Positions 7,972-17,672 of a stretch of DNA of 64,000 bases are shown here, piece by piece; within the stretch, counting starts at the first letter, position 1; every line of letters begins with the position of its first letter. The notes under the pieces were generated by a model. It worked only from the letters and a program-made list of their open reading frames with translations. It had not been told where the DNA came from and did no database searches. The DNA is from Candidatus Woesearchaeota archaeon (GTDB taxonomy: Archaea > Nanobdellota > Nanobdellia > Woesearchaeales > ARS49), in NCBI GenBank assembly GCA_019323015.1, contig JAHWHY010000003.1:29654-93653 (forward strand). The letters run 5' to 3'. Position numbers and translations under genes: made by a program.

Positions 7972-8916
7972 ATGGTGAAGCCAAAAGTTGTTGTTAGCAA
8001 ATGCTTGGGTTTTGCTAAGTGCCGCTGGAATGGCACAGATATTCCTGCTTCTTTCATAGACAGGCTGAAAAAGCATGTAAATTTCATCCCTGTGTGTCCA
8101 GAGGTTGAGATTGGCCTTGGCACTCCGAGACCTCCAATCAGGATTGTGAACAACAGATTAGTCCAGCCAAAGACTGGCAGGGATGTTACTGATAAAATGA
8201 ATACGTTCTCAGACAGATTCTTAAACAAACTCAAGGATGTTGATGGTTTTATCTTGAAATATAAGTCTCCTTCTTGTGGTTTGAAAAACGTCCCGATTTA
8301 CCCAAGCGCAGGAAGGGTTCAGGCAAAAAGCTCTGGCCCTGGTTTTTTTGGCAAGAAAGTTCTTGAGAAATTCAAGGGCTTGCCTGTTGAAGATGAAGGA
8401 AGATTAAGAAACTTCAAGATAAGAGAGCATTTTCTAACTAGCTTGTTCACTCTGGCAGACTTCAGTAAAGTCAAGAAATCAAAGTCAATTCCTAAATTAT
8501 TGGATTTTCACACAAGAAACAAATTCTTATTAATGGCTTATAACCAGAAAGAACTGAAGATTCTTGGCCAGATTCTCGCAAATCAAACAAAGAATTTCAA
8601 GATAACTGTAGGCGAGTATGAAGAGCATCTAAGATTAGCTTTAAACAAGGCTCCAAGATTTACATCTAATATCAATGTCTTAATGCATGCATATAATCAT
8701 TTCTCTAAAAAGCTTAATGCTAAAGAAAAAAATTATTTTCATCATTTGATTGAAGAATACAGGGATGCAAGGATTCCTTTAAGCGCGATTCTTGTGCTTT
8801 TGAAAGACTGGGTTATGCGCTTTGATGACAAATTCTTAGCTAAGCAGACTTTTTTCCAGCCATATCCTGAGGATTTAATAGATATCACAGATTCTGGTAA
8901 AGGAAGAAATAAATAA
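7972..8916 (+). CDS. DUF523 (TudS-like) + DUF1722 fusion protein, YbgA-like
   Basis: VSKCLGFAKCRWNG and PVCPEVEIGLGTPRPP are DUF523 Cys motifs. The C-terminal helical half is as in YbgA. Confidence 0.75.
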   Translation: MVKPKVVVSKCLGFAKCRWNGTDIPASFIDRLKKHVNFIPVCPEVEIGLGTPRPPIRIVNNRLVQPKTGRDVTDKMNTFSDRFLNKLKDVDGFILKYKSPSCGLKNVPIYPSAGRVQAKSSGPGFFGKKVLEKFKGLPVEDEGRLRNFKIREHFLTSLFTLADFSKVKKSKSIPKLLDFHTRNKFLLMAYNQKELKILGQILANQTKNFKITVGEYEEHLRLALNKAPRFTSNINVLMHAYNHFSKKLNAKEKNYFHHLIEEYRDARIPLSAILVLLKDWVMRFDDKFLAKQTFFQPYPEDLIDITDSGKGRNK

Positions 8917-9294
8917 TTATTTTTTCTCTTTCTTGTCAGCAGCCTGCATCTGTCTAACTATTTTTCTTGCCCATGCCCAGCCAGGGTCTCCGCCCCAGAG
9001 CATCCAGGCAATGTAGCCGTTTGTTGGCTTGCTGGGATTTCCCCATCCAGGCCTTCTGTCTTTCTGATGTCTGGTAAAGTAATTTTTCATTCTTTTGACT
9101 GTTTCTGGAGCCATTTTAGAGCCTTCTGCAAGGTCTATGGCGCGAACAACACCTGAGCCTATGCCTAATTTTCCTGCTTTTCTTGAACTAAGACCGCCTC
9201 TGCCGAATTTCTTTCTGAGTTCCAGGCCGCGTTTTGCTGCTTTTTGAACAGATTTTGGCGGCTTGAAGTTGATATGCGCGTATCTTTTTTTCAT
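8917..9294 (-). CDS. conserved-looking small basic protein, unknown function
   Basis: Distinctive W/G-rich motif NGYIAWMLWGGDPGWAWARK. I cannot name a family with confidence. Confidence 0.5.
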   Translation of the reverse strand: MKKRYAHINFKPPKSVQKAAKRGLELRKKFGRGGLSSRKAGKLGIGSGVVRAIDLAEGSKMAPETVKRMKNYFTRHQKDRRPGWGNPSKPTNGYIAWMLWGGDPGWAWARKIVRQMQAADKKEKK

Positions 9295-9309
9295 TTTTTA
9301 AAACCTCTT

Positions 9310-9783
9310 TTAAATATTCAAAATGTAAATATAATAATTAAGTATTGCTGCAAAACTTACCCACAAAAAGTAAGGTATCAATAAGTATGCTGCGTTCTTG
9401 TTGACCCTGTAAAAAGTGATTGTTGTTGCTAAGATGCCTAACCAGAGGAGTATTATACAAACCAAGCCGTAAAGAGGGGACTGCATTCCAAAGAACAGCA
9501 CAGACCATAAAGCATTAAGTGCTAATTGTATGAAAAATAGCACCATTCCTATTTTTACATTTTTTGTCTTCCAGCCTTCTTTCCATACTAAATATAATGC
9601 AAGGCCCATCATCAAGTAAAGTATTATCCATACTGGCGTGAATAACCAATTTGGAGGTGAGAAACTTGGTCTCTGCAGTGTTGCATACCATACGCTTACG
9701 TTTGTTGCTGTAAAAAAGGATCCTATGCTTGCTGCAATGAATGGAATCACCATTGAAAGTATGAATTTTGTCATTTGTTTCAT
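9310..9783 (-). CDS. tspO: TspO/MBR tryptophan-rich sensory protein
   Basis: Five TM segments; WYATLQRPSFSPPNWLFTPVWIILY signature. Confidence 0.9.
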   Translation of the reverse strand: MKQMTKFILSMVIPFIAASIGSFFTATNVSVWYATLQRPSFSPPNWLFTPVWIILYLMMGLALYLVWKEGWKTKNVKIGMVLFFIQLALNALWSVLFFGMQSPLYGLVCIILLWLGILATTITFYRVNKNAAYLLIPYFLWVSFAAILNYYIYILNI

Positions 9784-10664
9784 TTTCTCACCTGCTTTAT
9801 TGTTTTTATTGCTTGTAGCGCGCTTTTTTCCTTGTCTTTTATCTCAAGCATTATGTCAAAGTTTAGTTTCTTTGTGTCAGTTATAAATTTTTTGAATTTT
9901 TGAATGGAAATATGTTCTGAATGAGTTCCTTTTCTTGCTTCTTTTTTCTGGTTGCTGTAGTCAACCATCAAGATTCCGTCTTTTTTCTTCCAGGTCTTGC
10001 TTGCTTTAATCAGGCCTTGCTTCACTGTTTCGCCGTTGTTGTAGCACTCGTGGTGAAATGTGTCAAATAATATCGGCACTCCTGTTTGTTTATGAACCTT
10101 TAAGCAGTCTTTCAAGCTGTACATATAGTGATCATTCTCTATCACTAATCTTTTCTTTATCATTGCAGGCAGTTTTTTGTATCTTTCAATGAATCTCTGC
10201 AGTGATTTTTCTTTTTCTCCATAAACTCCGCCAATGTGCAGCTGAACTTTTGCAGTTGTGTCTAATCCAAGTGCATCAAGAACTTTGCAGTGATACTCTG
10301 TTTCCTTGATACTATTTTGCAGTATTCTGTCTTCTTTTGTATTCAATACAACAAATTGGTCAGGATGCATTGATATTCTCATCTTTTGCTTTTTGATGTA
10401 ATTCCCTATTTTCCTGAAGTCTTTCTTAAAATGCTTTACCCAGTCTATTTTGCAGACAGGATGTGATGCAAAAGGAATTAAAGGAGAGCCTATTCTGAAG
10501 AAAAAGAATCCTTTTTCTGCATTCCATTCCAGTATTTCCTGCAGGCACTCAAGATTGTTCTGCACAGTTGAAAGAAATCTTTCTCTGGAATAGGATGCCA
10601 ATCTAAACGTAGAGTTGGCAGTGCATTCAATGCTCCTGTTTATGCAAGGGTAGCCTAACCTCAT
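9780..10664 (-). CDS. uvdE: UV damage endonuclease UvdE
   Basis: MRLGYPCIN...TFRLASYS N-terminus, HPDQF, HIGG, FDTFHH metal-ligand motifs of the UvdE TIM-barrel. 4-nt overlap with tspO. Confidence 0.9.
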   Translation of the reverse strand: MRLGYPCINRSIECTANSTFRLASYSRERFLSTVQNNLECLQEILEWNAEKGFFFFRIGSPLIPFASHPVCKIDWVKHFKKDFRKIGNYIKKQKMRISMHPDQFVVLNTKEDRILQNSIKETEYHCKVLDALGLDTTAKVQLHIGGVYGEKEKSLQRFIERYKKLPAMIKKRLVIENDHYMYSLKDCLKVHKQTGVPILFDTFHHECYNNGETVKQGLIKASKTWKKKDGILMVDYSNQKKEARKGTHSEHISIQKFKKFITDTKKLNFDIMLEIKDKEKSALQAIKTIKQVRK

Positions 10665-10702
10665 TTTTTTACAGATTAAGAATTAAGAGCTTATAAAAGT
10701 AA

Positions 10703-11575
10703 CTATTTAACTTCAACTTCTTCAGCAATCCTCAGTGCATCATCCAACGTACAAAGTTCTGTTCCTTCTTTTTCAGCGCTTGCTGTTCCGCAGGCAACTG
10801 CAAATCTTGCGATTTCCTTGTCAGAATAACTTTTTAGTTTGCCATACAAGAATCCTGCAGTCACTGCATCTCCACAACCTACTGTACTGCCGACAAATAT
10901 TTCAGGAGGTGTCGCTTTTATTGCTCCTCCGCTGTTGACTAATGTCAATCCTCTGGGTCCCTGCATTGCAATTGCATACTCTAATCTATGCAACTTGCTC
11001 ATTGTGCTAAGCACTGTTTCTATTTCACCGCGAATTCCTGCCAAAGACTCCCACTCTTGTTCATTTGGCTTCATTGCAAAAGGTTTTTGCCACATTCCAC
11101 TTTTTAGTGCCTTTGTTTGTGAAGAATCAAGGATGACTTTTGCACCTTTTGACTGCAAAGTTGATATCAAGTATCCATATATCATGGGATTTATTCCTCT
11201 TGGCAGGCTTCCTGCAAGAACAACATAATCTCCTGCAGAGACATTTTCATCTAGTTTTGCAATTAATTGCGCTGTCTCTGCACCACGTATCAATGGGCTT
11301 TCACTGCTCTCTTTTACTTCTGGCCAGCCCTGCACTATTCTTGTCTCTCGGGTCTCATCTTCTGTCTCTTGAACAATATAATCAAGGCCTGCTTCTTCCA
11401 TCAAGTAGAGAAGTTCCTCTCCTCTTGCTCCGCCGGCAAAAGTGTATGTCAGAACAGGTTCAACCCATAAATTATGCAGTGCTCTTGAGACATTAATGCC
11501 TTTCCCGCCAGCATATTTTTTTCCATTTCTGATGTCTACTGCAGGGTTTAAAGTTACTGTATGTATTTTAGTCAT
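10703..11575 (-). CDS. PfkB-family sugar-phosphate kinase (1-phosphofructokinase/tagatose-6-P kinase-like)
   Basis: VTLNPAVDI, GGKGINVSRAL, and the C-terminal GCGDAVTAGFLYG anion-hole motif. Confidence 0.85.
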   Translation of the reverse strand: MTKIHTVTLNPAVDIRNGKKYAGGKGINVSRALHNLWVEPVLTYTFAGGARGEELLYLMEEAGLDYIVQETEDETRETRIVQGWPEVKESSESPLIRGAETAQLIAKLDENVSAGDYVVLAGSLPRGINPMIYGYLISTLQSKGAKVILDSSQTKALKSGMWQKPFAMKPNEQEWESLAGIRGEIETVLSTMSKLHRLEYAIAMQGPRGLTLVNSGGAIKATPPEIFVGSTVGCGDAVTAGFLYGKLKSYSDKEIARFAVACGTASAEKEGTELCTLDDALRIAEEVEVK

Positions 11576-11639
11576 AATTCCGCTCAGAAGTGGTTGATTT
11601 TTAAAGCTTGTGATGTTGTTGTCTTATGAAATCTTTATA

Positions 11640-12008
11640 CTACCCTATCAATATTTGAAATCTTGTGCTGCCTTTTTCCATTCCGCCAAGCGAGAGTATG
11701 TCTCCCCATTCAAGGCAGTTGAATTCTCCGCCCTTGAAAAGCTCTGCAAAGAACTTGTCTTTTCTGATTATGAATGTGCCGCTTGTTGAATTATTGTCTA
11801 TTAGGCTCCATTTTCCGTTTTTGCGTACAAATGCACAGTGCTCTCGTGAGACTTTTTCATCTTTCACGCGTATGTCTGCCTTGCTTCCGCGCCCTATTGT
11901 CAGCACATCTCCTTTTTTCAGGGTAATCATGTATTCTGTGTAAACCAGATGCTCTCTTTTTTCAGGAATCAATTCTCCCTGTATCAATTTTAGTGATAGG
12001 TTTGCCAT
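11640..12008 (-). CDS. stand-alone FHA-domain protein
   Basis: TIGRGSKADIRVKDEKVSREHCAF...NSTSGTFI contains the canonical FHA G-R...S-R-x-H...N-G motifs. Confidence 0.85.
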   Translation of the reverse strand: MANLSLKLIQGELIPEKREHLVYTEYMITLKKGDVLTIGRGSKADIRVKDEKVSREHCAFVRKNGKWSLIDNNSTSGTFIIRKDKFFAELFKGGEFNCLEWGDILSLGGMEKGSTRFQILIG

Positions 12009-12044
12009 AATTAAAAAGCAGATAAAGTAGTATTTAAGCTTTTC

Positions 12045-13166
12045 TCAAAACAAGCTCAAAAAGCTAGGCCACCATTTTTTCTTCTTTTTTGTGTCCTTGT
12101 CAAAGGATTTTAGTGCTTCTTTTTGTTTCTTGGTTAGTTTTTTTGGAACATCAATGTAAACTTCCACATTCAGCCCGCCTTTGCCATAGCCATGCAGGTC
12201 TGGCATTCCTTTGTCTTTTATCCTGAAGATAACTCCGCTTTGTGTTCCTGCAGGTATTTTTATTTTTGTCTTGCCGTCTAATGTAGGAACTTCTAGTTCT
12301 CCGCCTAAGCATGCTGTTGTGAATTGCAGTGGTGCCTTGATATACAATTCTCTTCCCTGCCTCTCAAATATTTTATGCGGTTTTATGTGAATCCGCAAGT
12401 ATAAGTCTCCTGCTGCAGAGCCTTGAAATCCTGCTTCTCCTTCTCCTTTGACTCTTAGTTGTGTTCCTTCTGCAACTCCTGCCGGCACTTTTACTTCTAT
12501 CTCTACTTCTTTTTCATGTCTTCCTTGTCCTTGGCATTCTGGGCAAGGATCTTCTATGTACTCTCCTCTTCCTTGGCACTGCCTGCAGGTAGTCTGTGTC
12601 TGGAACACCCCAAATGGTGTTCTTCTTGTCTGTCTTGATACTCCAGTACCATTGCACTCTTCGCAGGTTTTCATCGAGCTTCCTTTTTCAGCTCCTGTTC
12701 CTTTGCATTTCTCGCACTCAACTAGTTTGTCTATCTCTATTTTTTTCTTTGTTCCTTTTGCAGCTTCTTCTAAAGTGATTGTTAAGTCAAATAATAGGTC
12801 TCTTCCTCTTCTACTTCTCTGTCTTCTTCCACCACCAAAGCCTCCAAAACCCATTCCTGAGAATATGTTTTCAAATATGTTTTCAAAGTCAAATCCCTGG
12901 CTTGCAAAATCCCTGAAATCAAATCCTCCCGCTCCTTGTCCAAAGTCTGCTGTTCCGAATTGATCATACTGCTGCCTCTTCTGCGGATCAGCCAAGACTG
13001 CTGCTGCTTCATTAACTTCCTTGAATTTCTCAGCAGCAGAAGGATCTTTATTCAAGTCAGGATGATATTTCTTGGCTAGTTTCTTATAGGCTTTCTTGAT
13101 TTCCTCTTTAGTTGCTTCTTTCTTAACTCCTAATATTTTGTAGTAATCTTTACTCAATGTATTCAC
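12045..13166 (-). CDS. dnaJ: chaperone DnaJ (type I: J domain, G/F region, 4x CxxCxGxG)
   Basis: DYYKILGV...HPD; [32 protein letters not shown]. Confidence 0.95.
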   Translation of the reverse strand: MNTLSKDYYKILGVKKEATKEEIKKAYKKLAKKYHPDLNKDPSAAEKFKEVNEAAAVLADPQKRQQYDQFGTADFGQGAGGFDFRDFASQGFDFENIFENIFSGMGFGGFGGGRRQRSRRGRDLLFDLTITLEEAAKGTKKKIEIDKLVECEKCKGTGAEKGSSMKTCEECNGTGVSRQTRRTPFGVFQTQTTCRQCQGRGEYIEDPCPECQGQGRHEKEVEIEVKVPAGVAEGTQLRVKGEGEAGFQGSAAGDLYLRIHIKPHKIFERQGRELYIKAPLQFTTACLGGELEVPTLDGKTKIKIPAGTQSGVIFRIKDKGMPDLHGYGKGGLNVEVYIDVPKKLTKKQKEALKSFDKDTKKKKKWWPSFLSLF

Positions 13167-13728
13167 CTAGCTTGTCTGGCTCTATTCCGATTATGTCGAA
13201 TATTTCTTTTTCGAGTTCAGCATACGCAGTTATTCTTTCTTTGGCTATAACAACACCATACCTTTTTTCAAAATCTTTCATTCTTTCCTGCAAAGACATT
13301 ATTTTATCAATTTGCGCTCTTTTGTCAGCATAATTAAGGACTTTTTGCGCCCATGTTTTAACATTGCTGATATTCTTTACATTATGAACTCTTATTATTT
13401 CTGCAACTTCTGGATATTGGTCTTTTAACTCCAGATATGCTGCTTCTGCGTGGTCTACGCCAGGATATTTTTCTTGCAGTTCTTTTGCTTTTTTTAGTTC
13501 TTCTTCACTCAGACCTTCATGATGCGTAAAATCAACTGCTTTTGCAATGTCATGCAATAGTCCTGCAGCTTCAATAAGCTCTAAATTGATATCAACGTCT
13601 TTTTCTTTGAGTTTTTTAGCTAGAAATAATGCAATTTTTGTTGCTAATTTAGAATGAGTTTGTATGCTTTCATGAACTTTATACTCATCCAATAATTTCA
13701 AACACTCTTCTCTTGTTGGTATGCTCAT
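13150..13728 (-). CDS. HD-domain metal-dependent phosphohydrolase
   Basis: H...LLHDIAK HD motif. Embedded between dnaK and dnaJ with overlaps. Confidence 0.75.
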   Translation of the reverse strand: MSIPTREECLKLLDEYKVHESIQTHSKLATKIALFLAKKLKEKDVDINLELIEAAGLLHDIAKAVDFTHHEGLSEEELKKAKELQEKYPGVDHAEAAYLELKDQYPEVAEIIRVHNVKNISNVKTWAQKVLNYADKRAQIDKIMSLQERMKDFEKRYGVVIAKERITAYAELEKEIFDIIGIEPDKLGEYIE

Positions 13729-14396
13729 AATACTGCCTCAAGTATCTTCTTGGTATTCTTAAAATCTCTAAATATATAATCAGGCTTGTGTTTTTTAAGT
13801 CTTGCTCTTTTTGTTGGGCCTGTTAGCATTGCGATTGTTTTTGCTTTGACTTTCTTGCCTGCTTCTATGTCATGCACAGAGTCTCCGATTACAATAACTT
13901 CTCCTTTGTGTCTCATTCTCTTGATTGCTTTCTTGATACAATCTGCTCTTGTTTTTCCACCGTCACCTGAAATGATTGTATCAAAATACTTGCCAAGCCC
14001 TGTTGCCTTAAGCACTTTTTTTGTTATTTCTGGTTCGTCTCTTGTGACAAGCGCTAGTTTGACTTTTCCTTTGAGTGCATTAAGTAATTTTGTAACACCA
14101 GGATTCACGTATTTTCCTGGGTTTAAAGGAACAGATTTAACAAATTCTTTGATATACAGTTTCATTGCTTTCTGCATATTCTTCTTAATCACAGAAGCAG
14201 GAACTTTGCATATTTCACACATGTCTGTTATGCTTTCAGGTATTAATCTGCCTGCATGATCTACTTTTTCATAGCATCCTGGGCATGAAAATACTTTTCT
14301 TGTGACTTTGTGAAACGCTTTGTCGTGGATTGGGTAAAAATCCACGAGCGTTTCATCCATGTCAAATATTACAAGCTTATTTTTTCTTTTTGTCAT
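13725..14396 (-). CDS. HAD-superfamily hydrolase
   Basis: [12 protein letters not shown] (motif I) and [10 protein letters not shown] (motif IV). Start taken at MTKRKNK (14396); the track start 14420 would overlap dnaK by 44 nt. Confidence 0.75.
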   Translation of the reverse strand: MTKRKNKLVIFDMDETLVDFYPIHDKAFHKVTRKVFSCPGCYEKVDHAGRLIPESITDMCEICKVPASVIKKNMQKAMKLYIKEFVKSVPLNPGKYVNPGVTKLLNALKGKVKLALVTRDEPEITKKVLKATGLGKYFDTIISGDGGKTRADCIKKAIKRMRHKGEVIVIGDSVHDIEAGKKVKAKTIAMLTGPTKRARLKKHKPDYIFRDFKNTKKILEAVL

Positions 14397-16236
14397 CAAC
14401 AACCTCTGCATCAACAACATCTTCTTTCTTTTCCTGTTCTGCCCCTGGTTGCTGTTGTGCTCCTGCTTTTTGATACAGTTCTGTAGCTGCTTTTTGTGCT
14501 ATTTGATTAAGCTCATCTAGTTTTGCTTTAATCTTAGCAGTGTCTTTCTCTTTCTCAGCCATCAGTTTCTTCAAGTCCTCTGTTTTTGCCTTGATGTCCT
14601 TTATTACTGCTTCATCTATCTTCCCTTCAAAGTCTTTCAAGGTCTTTTCAGTAGTGTATATCGCTGTATCTGCTTGGTTGATGATGTCTATCTCTTCTTT
14701 TTTCTTTGCATCTGCATCAGCATACTGCTCTGCTTCTTTTCTCAGTCTCTCTACTTCTGCGTCATCCATTTTATTTGGAGCTGTTATTGCAATGTTCTGC
14801 TTTTTGCCAGTTCCTTTGTCTAGCGCAGTTACATTCAGGATTCCGTTTGCATCTATGTCAAACGTAACCTCAATCTGAGGAACTCCTCTTGGTGCTGCTG
14901 GTATTCCCACAAGGTCAAACTGGCCCAAGTGCTTGTTGTCATTTGCCATTGGCCTCTCGCCTTGGAACACCCTGATTGTTACAGCAGGCTGGTTGTCTGC
15001 TGCAGTGCTGAACACCTGGGATTTTTTTACAGGGATTGTAGTGTTTTTCTCAATCAAGCGAGTAAATACTCCGCCAAGAGTTTCAATACCAAGTGATAAT
15101 GGCGTAACATCAAGAAGTAAAACATCCTTGACTTCTCCTGCAAGAACTCCGCCTTGTATTGCTGCTCCGTCTGCAACACACTCCATTGGGTCAATGCCTC
15201 TCTCAACTTTCTTGCCAACCCAGGATTCTACCTTCTCTTGTACTATTGGCATTCTTGTTGGTCCGCCAACTAAAATCACTTTAGAGATGTCTTTGTCACT
15301 TAGTTTTGCGTCTTTTAATGCCATGTCAACTGATTTCTTGCATTTATCTACTAATGGATCAACTAGTTCATTTAGTTTTGCTCTGGTCAGCTTCATTGTC
15401 AGGTGCTGTGGTCCTTTGTCAGTTGCAGTTAAATAAGGCAGATTGATGTCTGTTTCTTGTACAGTGCTTAATTCAATCTTTGCTTTTTCAGCTGCCTCAC
15501 GAATCCTCTGCATTGCTGTGTCATCATTATCAATATCCATTCCAGTATCTTCCTTGAATTTCTTAACCATGTAATTGATAACAGCATTATCCATGTCTGT
15601 TCCGCCTAATTGTGTATCACCAGATGTGCTTTTAACTTCGAAAACACCGTCTCCAAATTCCATTATTGTAACGTCTAGTGTTCCGCCGCCAAAGTCAAAC
15701 ACAAGGATTGTCTGATCTTTCTCTGATTTGTCCAAGCCATATGCTAATGATGCTGCTGTTGGCTCATTAACAATTCTTACAACCTCTAAACCAGCAATTG
15801 TTCCTGCGTCTTTTGTGGCCTGTCTTTGGTTGTCATCAAAATAAGCAGGCACTGTGATTACTGCTTTCTTGACTGGCTGTCCTAAGAATGCTTCTGCATC
15901 TTTCTTGATTTTCTGTAATATAAAAGCAGATATTTGCTGTGGTGAGTATTCTTTTCCATGCACACTGTACTTGAAATTTGTTCCCATCTTTCTTTTTGCA
16001 GCCATGATTGTTCCAGCTGGATTAGAAACAGCCTGTCTTCTTGCAGGTTCTCCAACTAGCATCTGGCCGTCTTTTGTAAAGGCAACCACTGATGGGAATG
16101 CTTTGCCGTACAATGATGCTCCTTCTGCAGAAGGCACTATCTTTGGTCTTCCTGCCTCTAACACTGCTGCTGCTGAATTTGATGTTCCTAAATCAATTCC
16201 TAATATTTTTTCCTTACTCATTCTCAGTTCCTCCAC
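14377..16236 (-). CDS. dnaK: chaperone DnaK (Hsp70)
   Basis: [30 protein letters not shown] and the full Hsp70 architecture. Confidence 0.98.
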   Translation of the reverse strand: MEELRMSKEKILGIDLGTSNSAAAVLEAGRPKIVPSAEGASLYGKAFPSVVAFTKDGQMLVGEPARRQAVSNPAGTIMAAKRKMGTNFKYSVHGKEYSPQQISAFILQKIKKDAEAFLGQPVKKAVITVPAYFDDNQRQATKDAGTIAGLEVVRIVNEPTAASLAYGLDKSEKDQTILVFDFGGGTLDVTIMEFGDGVFEVKSTSGDTQLGGTDMDNAVINYMVKKFKEDTGMDIDNDDTAMQRIREAAEKAKIELSTVQETDINLPYLTATDKGPQHLTMKLTRAKLNELVDPLVDKCKKSVDMALKDAKLSDKDISKVILVGGPTRMPIVQEKVESWVGKKVERGIDPMECVADGAAIQGGVLAGEVKDVLLLDVTPLSLGIETLGGVFTRLIEKNTTIPVKKSQVFSTAADNQPAVTIRVFQGERPMANDNKHLGQFDLVGIPAAPRGVPQIEVTFDIDANGILNVTALDKGTGKKQNIAITAPNKMDDAEVERLRKEAEQYADADAKKKEEIDIINQADTAIYTTEKTLKDFEGKIDEAVIKDIKAKTEDLKKLMAEKEKDTAKIKAKLDELNQIAQKAATELYQKAGAQQQPGAEQEKKEDVVDAEVVDDKKKK

Positions 16237-16687
16237 CCACAGATTTTTTTGCCTTTGTTATCTTGACTTTTGCATAACGTATTACTTTGCCATTCATTTC
16301 ATATCCTTTCTGTATCTCTTCAACTATCACATCTTCATCATCACCTTCTTCTGTGCATAATACCTCATGCTTGAATGTATCAAACTTTTCTCCTTTTGAT
16401 TTGATTGGTTTGACACCTTGATCAGAAAGTAATTTTGAGATTTTATTATATATCATCTTGATGCCTTCATCTTTCACATTTGGAAGTGCTTTTTCAAAGT
16501 CATCCATTATTGTTAGAAGTTCTGCAATGAGTTTCTCATTTGCAAAGCAAACAAAGTCTTTTTGTTCTTTTACTATGCGTTTTTGATAGTTCTCAAACTC
16601 TGCCTGAAGCCTCTTTAGCTGGTCTTCGTACTCAGCCACTTGCTCCTTTAGCTTGTCTGCCTCTGTTTTTTTATTTTTTTCAGCCAT
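16214..16687 (-). CDS. grpE: nucleotide exchange factor GrpE
   Basis: Coiled-coil N-terminus, [12 protein letters not shown] motif, and a C-terminal beta domain with GKVIRYAKV. Confidence 0.9.
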   Translation of the reverse strand: MAEKNKKTEADKLKEQVAEYEDQLKRLQAEFENYQKRIVKEQKDFVCFANEKLIAELLTIMDDFEKALPNVKDEGIKMIYNKISKLLSDQGVKPIKSKGEKFDTFKHEVLCTEEGDDEDVIVEEIQKGYEMNGKVIRYAKVKITKAKKSVGGGTENE

Positions 16688-16740
16688 TTAAACCACCTAT
16701 TTGGTTGAACTTAAGTCAACTAAGAAGCAGTAAAACTATA

Positions 16741-16760
16741 CTTATATTTAAAGCTTTCGG
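16741..16760 (-). promoter_or_regulatory. BRE/TATA promoter of the grpE-dnaK operon
   Basis: Minus-strand CCGAAAGCTTTAAATATAAG about 60 nt upstream of the grpE ATG. The same consensus recurs upstream of many genes in this window. Confidence 0.5.
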
Positions 16761-16819
16761 TTAAAAGCGAAAACTTTATTAACCACCTTCACTTTCTACC
16801 AAAATATGAGGTGAATTTA

Positions 16820-17185
16820 ATGGAAAAAGACAAACAACAAATCAACCTTAATATTGTCGAAGGAGACCCGTTTTTTGCTCATGAGGTAAGCATGAATTTC
16901 ACACCAACACAGATTACTTTAGATTTTAAATGCATTACACCAAGAACAGATCCAAGGGGCAAGGCACCTAGTTTTTTGCTGAAGCATAATGTTGTAATGC
17001 TTGAGCCTTGGCATGCAAAGATGATGCTTGATGTACTTGCTAATGTGCTTAAGAAATATGAAGATGAGTTTGGCAAGATAAGCCAGCCAAAAGCTATCCA
17101 GAAAGCAGCCAAGAAGCAGAAAAAAGCAGCAAAAAAGAAGAAAACATCCACAAAAACAACTGGAGCCCCATCATACCTGGGCTAG
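16820..17185 (+). CDS. DUF3467-family protein with Lys-rich tail
   Basis: FAHEVSMNFTPTQITLDF...ML is DUF3467-like. ATG 16820 is preferred because the track GTG 16811 lies inside the SD GAGGTGA. Confidence 0.7.
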   Translation: MEKDKQQINLNIVEGDPFFAHEVSMNFTPTQITLDFKCITPRTDPRGKAPSFLLKHNVVMLEPWHAKMMLDVLANVLKKYEDEFGKISQPKAIQKAAKKQKKAAKKKKTSTKTTGAPSYLG

Positions 17186-17189
17186 TAAT

Positions 17190-17594
17190 ATGATTATCAG
17201 AAAGAAAATAACTATCCTACAGATTAGGAAGCCTTTAAGGACAACCCTAAATGAAGAGTTGCAGTGGTTTGGCAACTCTTTAGGGTTGTTCAACCTCCGT
17301 GACAAAGACAAGTCCTGCTTTCGGGTTTTCATTGAATTATTGAAAGCTGCAAAAGCAGGCATTCCAATTTCTAGTGACCATCTGGCACAAAGACTAGGCT
17401 TGACAAGAGCAACTGTTATTCATCATATCAACACTTTGATGGAAAAAGGCATTGTTATTTCTAAAGGCAGAGGTTATATGTTAAGAGAAGCTAATCTGAA
17501 GCTTCTTGTAGAAGACTTGAAGCAGGATATTACAAGAACCTATGATGAGATTGCAAAGGTTGCAGAGGAGTTAGACCAGTTTTTAGGGCTTTAG
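17190..17594 (+). CDS. winged-helix transcriptional regulator (ArsR/MarR-like), divergent from the Hsp70 operon
   Basis: ISSDHLAQRLGLTRATVIHHINTLMEKGIV is an HTH. Its position suggests a heat-shock operon regulator (inference). Confidence 0.6.
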   Translation: MIIRKKITILQIRKPLRTTLNEELQWFGNSLGLFNLRDKDKSCFRVFIELLKAAKAGIPISSDHLAQRLGLTRATVIHHINTLMEKGIVISKGRGYMLREANLKLLVEDLKQDITRTYDEIAKVAEELDQFLGL

Positions 17595-17596
17595 TC
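17557..17596. repeat. direct repeat R1 (3' end of the HTH regulator gene); partner at 19764-19803
   Basis: 32/40 identical, with the last 18 nt (GTTTTTAGGGCTTTAGTC) identical. Both copies encode ..VAEELD(Q/G)FLGL*. Confidence 0.8.
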
Positions 17597-17616
17597 AATC
17601 ATATTAATACAGGATA

Positions 17617-17638
17617 GCTTGAGGTAAGTCCCTCAAGC
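17617..17638. terminator. perfect 8-bp hairpin between convergent genes
   Basis: GCTTGAGG-TAAGTC-CCTCAAGC. Confidence 0.4.
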
Positions 17639-17672
17639 CACCCTGCAATCGGGTTTTATTCGGTTAAATGTT

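Noticed and set aside
12448-16360. Several 110-170-aa plus-strand ORFs (12448-12963, 13786-14259, 14540-14878, 14933-15436, 15854-16360)
   Set aside because: All lie antisense to unambiguous dnaJ, HAD and dnaK coding sequence and translate to low-complexity S/F/L/P-rich strings.
17595-17672. Stem-loop-containing intergenic segment, considered as a tRNA or tRNA fragment (possible integration target)
   Set aside because: There is no cloverleaf, no T-loop GTTCRANYC and no acceptor pairing. It is better explained as a hairpin plus an Lrp-gene relic. No tRNA or rRNA gene was recognised anywhere in the window.
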